From positions 1-31,867 of the IMG/VR virus record IMGVR_UViG_3300027743_000068: a DNA stretch of 31,867 bases; one strand, given 5' to 3'. Shown piece by piece: positions 16,126 to 25,130 of the stretch; the stretch's first letter is position 1; each line of letters starts with the position of its first letter. Source of the stretch: a virus. Taxonomy: Duplodnaviria; Caudoviricetes. The translations under genes and the position numbers were made by a program. The notes beneath the pieces were generated by a model. That model was not told where the DNA came from. It saw only the letters and a list, made by a program, of their open reading frames with translations, and did not search any database.

Positions 16126-17534
16126 GACTTCACCCTATATTCTAATTCATAACCTTTTAGTTTTACTTGTCCGACTCCGTAAAATTTTAATTTAAAAAAG
16201 TTTGAATCACATATTACATTGTTTGGCACGTCTACCTTTATAATCTGATCTGAGCTGGAACTACTAAATATTTTTATATTTGTGTATGCTCCGTTTCCAT
16301 CCATGTAGTCTAATTTAAAATAGTCTGTTTCTGCGTCTTCTAGTAAATAATAAAAGTGCACCCAAATAGCACTTAACACTTTTTTGCTGCTAAGTGTTCC
16401 AAAATTAAATGTTCCGGTAATATGCTCCCAAGCTATTCCGGTTTCGTTGTTATCTTGTGTTATGGATATGTTAAAAAGCGAATATATATATTCGTTTGTC
16501 CCTATACCAATTAACCATCTATTGTTTGTATCTTGGATTTCTGTAAAATTTCTAAATCCAAAATACCACATATCCCAGCGTTGGAGTATAGTGTCATATA
16601 CAAATGTCATATCGTTTTGCGTACTGGATGAATAAGGGATTGATAATAATAAATATTTGCCAAAGCTAGCCATAACATGTGTATATACCTGCGAATTTGG
16701 TTTAACATACATTCTATCTAGATAGTATTGTATTTTTTCAGAATTTGGCATTATAACAGGGTTTCCGCCCGCATACATCTTTATATTTCTATTGTCTAAA
16801 AAATATAATACTCCATCCAATTCCGCCATGGCTTCTTGTCCAAGGCAACCAGCATAAATTGGGTCAAGAAGTTGAAAATTATCCGGGTCATCTCCATAAA
16901 GCACATGCATAGATTTGTCCGTGAATGCAATTACTTGGTCTTGCCCAAATTTTGTTATTGCGTTTATTGAGCCCTTCGCGCCTGCAATAACCAAATTTGA
17001 AGCTTCTCCGGTACTCCAATTAGTCGGGTCGCTCAAATCCGTCCAATATATTTTAAAATCTAGTCCTGCATACATTCTGTAGTCATCAACTGCTAAAAAT
17101 CTAGTCAGTGGGGCTGTAACACTTGTTATCGCTGCACCATCCCAAACCCTGTGTTGCAGAATATTCGAAAAATATGTATAGTTTTTACTAGATGTCATAA
17201 AATCTATAAATGTACATCTTGTGGCCGTTAATCCTGTTTGTACATTATCCCAGCTACTAGTATTTGCATTCCATGTTTGCCAAATCGTTGTGTTTAAGAC
17301 GTGCAAAGCGTTAAAGAGCCTAGAACCTGCTCCATATATGCTTGCCAAAGGAGTAGCATATGGATATAAACCGTATCTTGTCCTAATCTCTGGATAGTAT
17401 TCGCAAAACATATTTTTGGAATAACTGGCTTCGCTTGGCTTCAGATACAGTGGAGATGTAAAGCTATTTAGGCCATCTCCAAAATGATTAAATTGCTTAC
17501 TTTTGAAGTTAATTTGATTATATAAACTTGGCAT
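16122..17534 (-). CDS. Tail nozzle / tail tubular protein B-like (beta-propeller)
   Basis: N-terminal FGDGLNS, aromatic beta-rich blades, GCLGQEAM, YDTILQRW; directly after the adaptor as in P22 gp10 / T7 gp12. Confidence 0.7.
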   Translation of the reverse strand: MPSLYNQINFKSKQFNHFGDGLNSFTSPLYLKPSEASYSKNMFCEYYPEIRTRYGLYPYATPLASIYGAGSRLFNALHVLNTTIWQTWNANTSSWDNVQTGLTATRCTFIDFMTSSKNYTYFSNILQHRVWDGAAITSVTAPLTRFLAVDDYRMYAGLDFKIYWTDLSDPTNWSTGEASNLVIAGAKGSINAITKFGQDQVIAFTDKSMHVLYGDDPDNFQLLDPIYAGCLGQEAMAELDGVLYFLDNRNIKMYAGGNPVIMPNSEKIQYYLDRMYVKPNSQVYTHVMASFGKYLLLSIPYSSSTQNDMTFVYDTILQRWDMWYFGFRNFTEIQDTNNRWLIGIGTNEYIYSLFNISITQDNNETGIAWEHITGTFNFGTLSSKKVLSAIWVHFYYLLEDAETDYFKLDYMDGNGAYTNIKIFSSSSSDQIIKVDVPNNVICDSNFFKLKFYGVGQVKLKGYELEYRVKS

Positions 17535-18175
17535 TAAAAATCTTCCCTTTTCTGATTGGCTTGATATGGCAATGAATTTGATTTCTGACTTAAATCTGTT
17601 TTAACAAAATCTAAAAATTCAAAATATTTCTGCTTATACAGGTTTGCTAGTTCTATGTCCGGGTTGTCTCCTTGCTCGCATATGGACTGTATTAGGGCGT
17701 ATTTATATAAATTATGATATCTTAATTCTAAATCCGGAGTTTGGCTTGTTGCTGTAATAGCTGTAGGAGTTTTGTTGTAGTAAAATTGTATTGTCAGACC
17801 TGCTGTTTGGACTGCTTGTCCATTTACATATAAGGCAATCTTAGAAGCTGTTTGTCTTTGCCACTTGTAATCATAATCGATACTTTCTTTTTCTCCTGTA
17901 AATTCAAATACATACCAATTTTCTTCTGTTGTATCTTCCGACATTCTGACTAAAAAAGTATTCTCCCATTTCTGATCTGTTGCCATGGAGTATTCGAGTT
18001 GACTAACTACGCTTGTATTTTCTTTTATGCTATAGCTGCCGAATGTCTCATATTCCTTGAGTTGTAGATATATTTCGTCCTGGATTGTATTTAAGTCAAT
18101 CATTAAATTCGCGTCCGATTCAGAACTATATTTTTTTCTTTTTGCATATGTGATTATTTCTGCTATTGTAGCCAT
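17534..18175 (-). CDS. Head-tail adaptor (tail tubular protein A-like)
   Basis: MATIAEII start; YYNKTP...TPDL..RYHNLYKYAL...ANLYKQKY pattern; TAATG overlap with nozzle. Confidence 0.7.
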   Translation of the reverse strand: MATIAEIITYAKRKKYSSESDANLMIDLNTIQDEIYLQLKEYETFGSYSIKENTSVVSQLEYSMATDQKWENTFLVRMSEDTTEENWYVFEFTGEKESIDYDYKWQRQTASKIALYVNGQAVQTAGLTIQFYYNKTPTAITATSQTPDLELRYHNLYKYALIQSICEQGDNPDIELANLYKQKYFEFLDFVKTDLSQKSNSLPYQANQKREDF

Positions 18176-18189
18176 TTTTTTTACCTCTG

Positions 18190-19032
18190 TTAATAATTTT
18201 GCAAATCAGTTAATTCGCTTTCTACATCTGTATTAAAAATAATAACTGTCTTTAAATTGCCTGCGAAAAAATTAGAAAAACTTGTTGCTGTGGCATTGTT
18301 GCTTCTTGCTCCTATCACAACAAAATTTCTTTGTGACAAATTACTGGAATTCGTTCCTGTAAGCTCTCCATTGTCATTTTTTATTTTTGTTTGGCTTGCG
18401 CTTGTGCTTTTCCAAACAAATAATAAATTATTACCACTATTAATCGCCCCTTGAACCTTAATAGAGTCTGCTAGGTAAAAATATGATGTTGTTGAACTAT
18501 ATCTTACTCCGTATTGCTGAGTGTTATAATTGTCTGTATTACAAGTAATTACATATCCGGCCGTACTAGTCGTATTTGCATGGCTTGCATAAATAGCAAG
18601 TGGGCTAGTAGTTATGTTTATGTCTGCATACTTGCTAATAACTAAAAAACTATCTGCTCCATTAAATAAAATTCCATCATTTATAAACGTTCCAGAACTG
18701 CATATTTTGGGTTGATTAGCTGTGCTTGCTTGTGTTGCATTATTGCCCCCGGGATATTGGTTATACCAAGTATCTATAAATCCATCCGTACCACTGCAAA
18801 ATAAAGCTATTGCAGACGAATCAACGTAATTACTCAGTGTAAATCCTATGTCTTGCGTTGCATTGTCACTACTTCTTCGAACTTTTAAGCAGTTTCCAGC
18901 ATAATCTTTATAAAGTTTATGTAGTGAAAATGCAAGTTTTGCCCCCGAAATATTATCTAAGATTAAGTCTGGATTTGAAACACTGTGTGTTATTTTGCTT
19001 ATTTTATTTATCCCAAGTCCTAAACCTAACAT
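18190..19032 (-). CDS. ConA/LamG-like (arabinofuranosidase B catalytic-domain-like) virion protein, possible receptor-binding protein
   Basis: AFSLHKLYKDYAG..LKVRRSSDNATQDIGF, WYNQ..GNNATQ, QPKI, GILFNG, IGAR, FAGNL motifs. Confidence 0.65.
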   Translation of the reverse strand: MLGLGLGINKISKITHSVSNPDLILDNISGAKLAFSLHKLYKDYAGNCLKVRRSSDNATQDIGFTLSNYVDSSAIALFCSGTDGFIDTWYNQYPGGNNATQASTANQPKICSSGTFINDGILFNGADSFLVISKYADINITTSPLAIYASHANTTSTAGYVITCNTDNYNTQQYGVRYSSTTSYFYLADSIKVQGAINSGNNLLFVWKSTSASQTKIKNDNGELTGTNSSNLSQRNFVVIGARSNNATATSFSNFFAGNLKTVIIFNTDVESELTDLQNY

Positions 19033-19286
19033 TAATCAACGACTTGATAAGCAATAACACTCCCGGATGTTAGCGTTATGCTTGTCCACTCTCCATATAT
19101 TGTGATTCCAGCGCTCAGACTGATACTTGCAACATTTATATTCCCGGAAACTTGGTTAATTACAGTGTCTGTAATAGCTTGTATTGCAAAAAACTTTTTA
19201 CCATTGTCGGGCGTTGTTGCACTTGTTGTTGTTATGTATTTCCCACCATGGTAGCCTAATGTTCCTAACAATTTTTGATTAATCAT
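19032..19286 (-). CDS. Small beta-rich structural protein
   Basis: GGAGG RBS; AIQAITD...LSAGITIYGEWTSITLTSGSVIAY; TAATG overlap with next gene. Confidence 0.65.
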   Translation of the reverse strand: MINQKLLGTLGYHGGKYITTTSATTPDNGKKFFAIQAITDTVINQVSGNINVASISLSAGITIYGEWTSITLTSGSVIAYQVVD

Positions 19287-19294
19287 ACGCCCTC

Positions 19295-20251
19295 CTATGT
19301 GTTTAGCAGTTGCGCTTTTACGCTAACTGTTGCCCCATCCTCGTCTTCTGTTGCCACGATCTTAATATAGTCCGGAATTCCTTTGAACATAAATATTTTA
19401 GATACATTTGTTTGGTAGCTCATATCTAAAATATCTATAAAAGTTCCGGCACTAACAAAGCACCCTTGAATCTTAAAAGTCCAATTCTTTACAGCTACTG
19501 ATATACTTGCTTCTATTAACACTGTATTATATCCACTTGCATTTATTTCGTTGCTTGTTGTCGTTGCTGTTACTGCGCTTATGCCTGTAGTAGCTGCGTT
19601 CAAATAACTTCCTTTGCTTATTTTCGCTATATCTATACTGTCCACGGCTGATGATAATATAGTGTCAGAGTTTTTCTTAGGTAATTGTCCTAACTCTGTA
19701 TATACTGTTACTTGCACTGTTGCACCTGTATTGTCGCTTATAATAGACAAGGGAAATTTATCACACAATCCCTGTACATAAGCTCTACCAGTTTCTTTTA
19801 TACCTGTTAGGCTTGTTGCTGGTACTTCAAATGTTGATCTATATGTTATCCCTGTTGTATTTTCAAATTCATATACACAACCTGGAATATTCAAAATTAA
19901 CATTCCTGAATTAAAATTTCCTGCTGCAATAGTAGTAATTGCTAGATTTCCACTTGCTTCTCTTATTGTTACTGTTCCAACAGCTCTTTTAATATTAGAG
20001 CCACCAGATTTACCAAGAAAAACCGCATATATATAAGTCCAATTTGTTTTAATTGTGCTTACTGCTGTTGTTCCGTTTAATGTTATTGTCTCATAAGATA
20101 ATATGCCAGTTCCATCTATACCCCATATAGTACAATAGCCGGTATCATTCGCACTATCTGAAATAACTTCTATCCCATCATTTGCGGGCTGATTTGCGAA
20201 CGCTAACCAGTTTGTTATCGTTAGAGTTGGTATTATCTTGCTTATTTTCAA
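19295..20251 (-). CDS. Two-domain beta-rich virion protein
   Basis: AAAGGTGG RBS favours TTG 20251; S/T/G-rich beta domains (EVISDSANDT...ETITLNGTTAVST). Confidence 0.6.
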   Translation of the reverse strand: MKISKIIPTLTITNWLAFANQPANDGIEVISDSANDTGYCTIWGIDGTGILSYETITLNGTTAVSTIKTNWTYIYAVFLGKSGGSNIKRAVGTVTIREASGNLAITTIAAGNFNSGMLILNIPGCVYEFENTTGITYRSTFEVPATSLTGIKETGRAYVQGLCDKFPLSIISDNTGATVQVTVYTELGQLPKKNSDTILSSAVDSIDIAKISKGSYLNAATTGISAVTATTTSNEINASGYNTVLIEASISVAVKNWTFKIQGCFVSAGTFIDILDMSYQTNVSKIFMFKGIPDYIKIVATEDEDGATVSVKAQLLNT

Positions 20252-20351
20252 TCGGTCCACCACCTTTAAGTAGTTCTTTTATTTCCTTTAGTTCTTTTAA
20301 GATTAAGTACAAAAATTTCTCTGTATTGTCAGCAGGGCTATTTATTTTCAT
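20178..20351 (-). CDS. Small helical protein
   Basis: MKINSPADNTEKFLYLILKELKEIKELL; overlaps both neighbours. Confidence 0.5.
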   Translation of the reverse strand: MKINSPADNTEKFLYLILKELKEIKELLKGGGPIENKQDNTNSNDNKLVSVRKSARK

Positions 20352-20544
20352 CCATGTTGGCCCCACTTTCTTCTACTAATAGCATTTCTAACACTTCTAT
20401 AGCACCAAACAATTTGTTTCCTTCTGCTGTTATGTGTTCTCCTTGCTGTTTTAAATTAGCAATTTGTGTTCTTATGTTGTTGCTTCTTAACTCTAATTGT
20501 GTTAATTGTTGCTTATATTCTTTAATTTTCTCTTGTAAATTCAT
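20338..20544 (-). CDS. Coiled-coil protein, possible fibre assembly chaperone
   Basis: GGAGG RBS; heptad coiled coil ending LFGAIEVL; follows the fibre gene. Confidence 0.6.
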   Translation of the reverse strand: MNLQEKIKEYKQQLTQLELRSNNIRTQIANLKQQGEHITAEGNKLFGAIEVLEMLLVEESGANMDENK

Positions 20545-20569
20545 TTTTCATCCTCCGATATTTTTTTAA

Positions 20570-20626
20570 GCAATAAATGAGTAGGAAAAATATTCTAGAG
20601 GAATTCAAAACCTACTCATCTATTGC
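20570..20626 (-). other. 16 bp mRNA stem-loop without U tract
   Basis: gcaataaatgagtagg (20570-20585) / cctactcatctattgc (20611-20626); mismatch is G-U on minus. Confidence 0.6.
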
Positions 20627-20643
20627 AAAATTTATTTTATTTT

Positions 20644-22368
20644 TTATGCATTTGCAAATACAGGTATTCTGTATAATGTGCCTGCATAATCTATAATAAG
20701 ATATTTTTGGTCTGCAACAAATGCCGGCGCTCCTCCGTCTGCCCATGCTAATCCTTCTGCTGCAAATGCGGCCGGGCTAAAACTTCCTTCTCCTGCCAAT
20801 CTCAACCCAGGCACATCTGCCGGGCCAGTAATTTTAAATTGGTCTTCTGATTGATCCCACATGGCATTGCAACCGGCTGTGTCTCCATAGAAAATTACGT
20901 CATGGCCTATTCCGTCTTCTCCAACCGTTACTTGTCCGCTAAACATAGTACCTCCAACAACAATCATCGAATCAGCGGATTCGTCCCACAGCCAGTATTT
21001 TCCTGCTGTCGCACCGAACAACTTAACATCATATCCTGTATCATTTACTCCAACTGTAAGTTGCCCATCCAATTTCAGCGTATCTGTTGCTCCATCCCAT
21101 GTGAATTTTTTTCCAGATGTAGCGCCATAAAATGTTGCCGTTCCGGCTGCGCTTGTTGTCCCAGCTGTAAAATTTGTAGCTTTGAAATTTTCGTCTCCAC
21201 CATCCCAATAACAGCCTTTCCCATCCGCAGTTATGGTTATTCTATCGCCAGACCGTGATATCTTGTAATCTTCGGAGGCTGCGTATTCGTCCGCAGTGGA
21301 TGGGTCGTACTCATTCAAATAAATTTGTCCCAAAACCACTGGGGCAAATAAAGTAGACTTATATGATATGAAAAAACTTCCTGATATTCTGTGTTTTAAA
21401 TCAGCCGAATTTTTATGATAGCCATCCATGCTAAATAGGCCACGTATCGTTGGTCTAGTAGAACCATAGCTCTTGGCTAAAGTCCAGCTAGAATCATCAG
21501 AGTCTATGTCTACATTCGTTAGTACTAGAGAGCCATAGTTGTGTATTCCTTTATCATCTGCACTAACATGTATCCATGCATTATTCATATGCAATAGAAC
21601 GCTAGTTCCGATATACATAGCTTTTGCGTTTGTTGCTGTGTGTCCTTGTATTCCGCAATTGTTGAGGTACGTGGAAGTAACGTAATTGCTTCCGTATTCC
21701 ACGTAAAAGGCTGATTTTCTGCAATTAACAGATATAAGGTTGTTGTAAAAAATATAGGATGTGCTTCTAGTTCCGGATGTCATGTGAACATTATCGCCGC
21801 CCATGCCATCAATTTTGGCATTGTTAATTATACATCTCAATGCACCATTTATTTTTAAGCCATGGCTACTGGAATCTGCTTCATTTTTTGTACCATATAT
21901 ATTTATATCTTCTAATACTATGTTTTCTACAAGCGTACTACCGTTGCCGACGGATAAAGCTGGTTTACTAGTGTCATACGGATACACGTACACACCATAT
22001 GTCGTGTTTCCTCTGTACATTTTTAGTGTTATATTGCTTCTGAGTATTTCTATATTAGCCTTTACGGCTTTTGTAATTTTCAATACTGCACCATGCGGAG
22101 CTGCTGCAATCGCCGCATTTATTATTGCAGAATTGTCATAATTAGGGTTATCAGCTATGTCAACCAACCCATCTATTATAACTTCCTTGCCTATGTAACC
22201 GGTTGGGTTAAAATCACCACTAACATTTAGCTCATTATTTACATTGTCCCACTGAAAATATTTTCCAGTAGTATTGCCAAATATTTTGACTTCATGTCCA
22301 TGCAAGTCCTTGCCAAAATGCGAAACTTTTCGACCAAAGTGACGGCCGTTTTTACTTTTTGTACTCAT
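20644..22368 (-). CDS. Fibre/spike with pectin-lyase-like parallel beta-helix and flanking beta repeats
   Basis: DNSAIINAAIAAA cap helix, N/I/G-rich beta-helix coils, repeated GxDVxxxGxTxGxxxxWD units. Confidence 0.75.
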   Translation of the reverse strand: MSTKSKNGRHFGRKVSHFGKDLHGHEVKIFGNTTGKYFQWDNVNNELNVSGDFNPTGYIGKEVIIDGLVDIADNPNYDNSAIINAAIAAAPHGAVLKITKAVKANIEILRSNITLKMYRGNTTYGVYVYPYDTSKPALSVGNGSTLVENIVLEDINIYGTKNEADSSSHGLKINGALRCIINNAKIDGMGGDNVHMTSGTRSTSYIFYNNLISVNCRKSAFYVEYGSNYVTSTYLNNCGIQGHTATNAKAMYIGTSVLLHMNNAWIHVSADDKGIHNYGSLVLTNVDIDSDDSSWTLAKSYGSTRPTIRGLFSMDGYHKNSADLKHRISGSFFISYKSTLFAPVVLGQIYLNEYDPSTADEYAASEDYKISRSGDRITITADGKGCYWDGGDENFKATNFTAGTTSAAGTATFYGATSGKKFTWDGATDTLKLDGQLTVGVNDTGYDVKLFGATAGKYWLWDESADSMIVVGGTMFSGQVTVGEDGIGHDVIFYGDTAGCNAMWDQSEDQFKITGPADVPGLRLAGEGSFSPAAFAAEGLAWADGGAPAFVADQKYLIIDYAGTLYRIPVFANA

Positions 22369-22401
22369 ATTACTATTTACACCTGCTTTCTTAGCTAATT
22401 A

Positions 22402-22432
22402 ATTGGCGTGCCTAGCTAGTCAGCACGCCAAT
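22402..22432 (-). other. GC-rich hairpin just after the major capsid stop
   Basis: attggcgtgc / gcacgccaat 10 bp stem; weak U tract, so partial terminator or 3' stabiliser. Confidence 0.6.
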
Positions 22433-22442
22433 GTAAATTTAC

Positions 22443-23351
22443 TTATTCTATTCCGGTTGACATGGCTACCCAATACCATGTATCCCATCCGTGCGACCAC
22501 CAACCAGTTATTTTATACTTTCCAACTTCTGTATCAAAGTCTTGCACATACTCAGGACTGCCCGGTTTTCTTGCCCACTTCCAATTTAATCCATCTCCGC
22601 CCTTCATAAGTTGTTGATTTACCATTCCCCATGTTTTCCCATCGACGTAAGGATTAATAATGTATTTTAATTCGGATTTATATATATTTATTTGATTATC
22701 AGCGACATAAGGCTCTTTGTCGCTTCCGCAAATTTGTTTAGCTGTCTTTTCCCAGTCAATGCCACACACAATAGTATCAAGATTTATATTCATTATGTGA
22801 CCTTTGTCATCTTTAAACTTTTTGCCTGCATTTCTCATTGTTTCTATATTATCAACATTCATTTCTAATGCAAACGTGTTGCTTTGTGCTCCAGCTGAAT
22901 CGCCCGGGCAAATTCTGTGACTTGCATTTGCAAGGCTTAACCCTTCCCCGTTCCCACCATTTACTGCTGCATTCCATGCATTGTTAAAATAGTAAGCACT
23001 TTTTATATTAAAAGTTTTGGCTGAAGAAATTGCCAATCTATTAACCCTCTTTTTTATTTCAGAGAAATTTTTGAAAAGTATTAGGGCTTCTTCAACAGGT
23101 ATACCTTTAGAAAACTTACCTTGTCTGTAAGTAGTCTTATAACCTTTGTCAAAATCTTCATATGCTACCTGACCGGCCCACGCTTCCATTTCTCCGATAC
23201 TTCCAACACCCAAATGCTCATCAACATTTCTATCTGTCATCTCTTCATTAAAAAACATTGGCAAATACTTTGTTTGTTGTTTGTCGAATCTATCATAAAG
23301 CTTTTGTATGCTTCCCTCTAGTTCAACAAAATTCGCTATTAATATACTCAT
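22443..23351 (-). CDS. Major capsid protein (HK97 fold, Mu gpT-like)
   Basis: 302 aa, GAGGTG RBS, order scaffold-decoration-capsid; GQVAYED...KFSKGI, DTIVCG..WEKTAKQI, YIINPY, GWDTW resemble gpT-like MCPs. Confidence 0.85.
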   Translation of the reverse strand: MSILIANFVELEGSIQKLYDRFDKQQTKYLPMFFNEEMTDRNVDEHLGVGSIGEMEAWAGQVAYEDFDKGYKTTYRQGKFSKGIPVEEALILFKNFSEIKKRVNRLAISSAKTFNIKSAYYFNNAWNAAVNGGNGEGLSLANASHRICPGDSAGAQSNTFALEMNVDNIETMRNAGKKFKDDKGHIMNINLDTIVCGIDWEKTAKQICGSDKEPYVADNQINIYKSELKYIINPYVDGKTWGMVNQQLMKGGDGLNWKWARKPGSPEYVQDFDTEVGKYKITGWWSHGWDTWYWVAMSTGIE

Positions 23352-23380
23352 TTATATTTTCACCTCTCTTTTATCCTAAA

Positions 23381-24064
23381 TTATAGTGCTGCCGGATGAT
23401 TGCCTCTCTGGTGTAATCTAAAACTTACATAAAGTAAACCATTGTCTACGTCTACATCTTCTACGTATATTGCTTCTCCAGCTGCTGTATTGTCAAAATC
23501 TATGTCTGTCCCATCAGCTGTTAGATTCCACGCATAATGACCTTTGCAACGCTTGCCCGGTATTAGATATGCTGTGTCGCCAGCCGCAATTGCATCTGAC
23601 AAAGTTTCGCTAAGTGTAAAAGTTCCATTTGCGCCGTCAAAATCAGATATATTAACCTTTTTGCCGTTTAATGCACTGTTAGCCGCTACGCTAACTAAAA
23701 TCAAAGCACCACCATTAAAAATATCTGCTGTTTCTGGCAATACTGAACTATCTACAAATGTAGTAGTGCTACCTCCTGTGGCTGTAAGTGGGTCTCTAGG
23801 TTTAATTTTAAACACTGTGTTAGGGTCATCATATATTAGTATTTCTGTCCCTGTTTGTCTTCCATCAGCTGTTGCACCGTCGTGATTTTCTGCAGCAACG
23901 CCCAAGTGTGGGTCATCTTGGTCAACATCACCAATAGCAACGACCAACCCGGCCGAAAGTTTTACCATTTCGCCTTTTTCGATAGCTGTGGCACTAGCTA
24001 TTTGATAAACGTTTGGGTTTGGGCTTCCTACTCCGCCCTTTTGCCATGCTGGACTAAATCCCAT
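23381..24064 (-). CDS. Capsid decoration/cement protein with inserted domain
   Basis: TAIEKGEMVKL.AGLV, LGVAAE, ILIYDDPNTVF; sits between scaffold and MCP. Confidence 0.7.
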   Translation of the reverse strand: MGFSPAWQKGGVGSPNPNVYQIASATAIEKGEMVKLSAGLVVAIGDVDQDDPHLGVAAENHDGATADGRQTGTEILIYDDPNTVFKIKPRDPLTATGGSTTTFVDSSVLPETADIFNGGALILVSVAANSALNGKKVNISDFDGANGTFTLSETLSDAIAAGDTAYLIPGKRCKGHYAWNLTADGTDIDFDNTAAGEAIYVEDVDVDNGLLYVSFRLHQRGNHPAAL

Positions 24065-24091
24065 TTATATTCACTTCCTTATTTTTAAATT

Positions 24092-24886
24092 TTAGATTCC
24101 TGCAAACTTATTAAAAGCCTTGACAAAACTAGATTTTGCAGTTTTTTCATCAGCTTTATTTGAGTCTGCATTTGTAATTACACTTTTTCCTCTTCTTAAA
24201 TTATCTTGCACGTCCGCAATAACAGATTGTTTAACGTTTTTGTTTGCAATATTAGACAGCTCGTCGTATGTCATTCCACCGCGAACGTGTCTATATGCTA
24301 TGTCAAAACTTACATTGTTTACTTGCATAACTTCATATGCTTGTTTTTCGATAGCATTAAAAATAGCCGGATTTTCTTTACTTTTCCAGCTATCAATTTC
24401 TTGCTTATTTTGTTCATTTAGCTTTAATATTGCCTTCTCTGCCTTAATTTCCTCAAGGTCTTTTCTTTGCCTTGCCATTTCTAGCGCAAGGTCTTCATCT
24501 ATGCCATATTTTTCCTGTAACTTTTCAGCCTCTTGGTTTAGGGCCTGTTCCTTTTGTTGCTCAAGTATCTGTTCATATGTCATACCTGTTACTTTTTCTA
24601 TCTCAATCAACTTTCTTGATAATTCATCGGCTTGAGCCGCCTTTTTATCGTAGTTATATCCTTTTTGTAAATATACCTTACGATCCTTAACAGGTATCTT
24701 TATTTTTTCTTTGTTGTAATCAATTTCGTCAAATTCTTCTTCTTGACTTTCTTCCTCTGTTGATTTTTCTTCTTCTTCTTGCTGTTCATCTTCAATCAAT
24801 TCAAAGTTGGAAAATTCATCTTCTAGCTCTGTATCAATATCATTTGTTTCTACATCTTCGATATTATCTTGGATTGGTGTATCCAT
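24092..24886 (-). CDS. Scaffolding protein
   Basis: Very acidic N-terminus, YLQKGYNYDKK, coiled coil; between portal and capsid genes. Confidence 0.8.
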   Translation of the reverse strand: MDTPIQDNIEDVETNDIDTELEDEFSNFELIEDEQQEEEEKSTEEESQEEEFDEIDYNKEKIKIPVKDRKVYLQKGYNYDKKAAQADELSRKLIEIEKVTGMTYEQILEQQKEQALNQEAEKLQEKYGIDEDLALEMARQRKDLEEIKAEKAILKLNEQNKQEIDSWKSKENPAIFNAIEKQAYEVMQVNNVSFDIAYRHVRGGMTYDELSNIANKNVKQSVIADVQDNLRRGKSVITNADSNKADEKTAKSSFVKAFNKFAGI

Positions 24887-24921
24887 AGTATCAATTCCTT
24901 TCGTTCTGCCTTGGTTTAGGC

Positions 24922-24946
24922 ATAAAAATACACTCTTGTGAGTGTT
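24922..24946 (-). terminator. Possible terminator before the scaffold gene
   Basis: Minus strand acactc-acaa-gagtgt then atttttat. Confidence 0.45.
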
Positions 24947-24952
24947 GTAAAT

Positions 24953-25126
24953 TTATTGCAAGGCTTCAAGTGCCTTCTTAACTCTAGCTATCTGTTTTGA
25001 TTCATCTTGCAAGCTATTTTTTTCTTGCTTTAGTGATTCTATTTGTTTATTTATCTCTTCAATTCTTATGTTTATGTTATCTTCTAATCCTTTGTGTCTT
25101 TCTATTTCATCTTTAACTTTGTACAT
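24953..25126 (-). CDS. 57 aa coiled-coil protein (not in ORF track)
   Basis: MYKVKDEIERHKGLEDNINIRIEEINKQIESLKQEKNSLQDESKQIARVKKALEALQ*; fills the portal-scaffold gap. Confidence 0.6.
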   Translation of the reverse strand: MYKVKDEIERHKGLEDNINIRIEEINKQIESLKQEKNSLQDESKQIARVKKALEALQ

Positions 25127-25130
25127 TTTC

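Noticed and set aside
18190-22368. Diversity-generating retroelement or invertible tail cassette
   Set aside because: No reverse transcriptase, TR/VR pair or inverted tail gene copies seen in the window.
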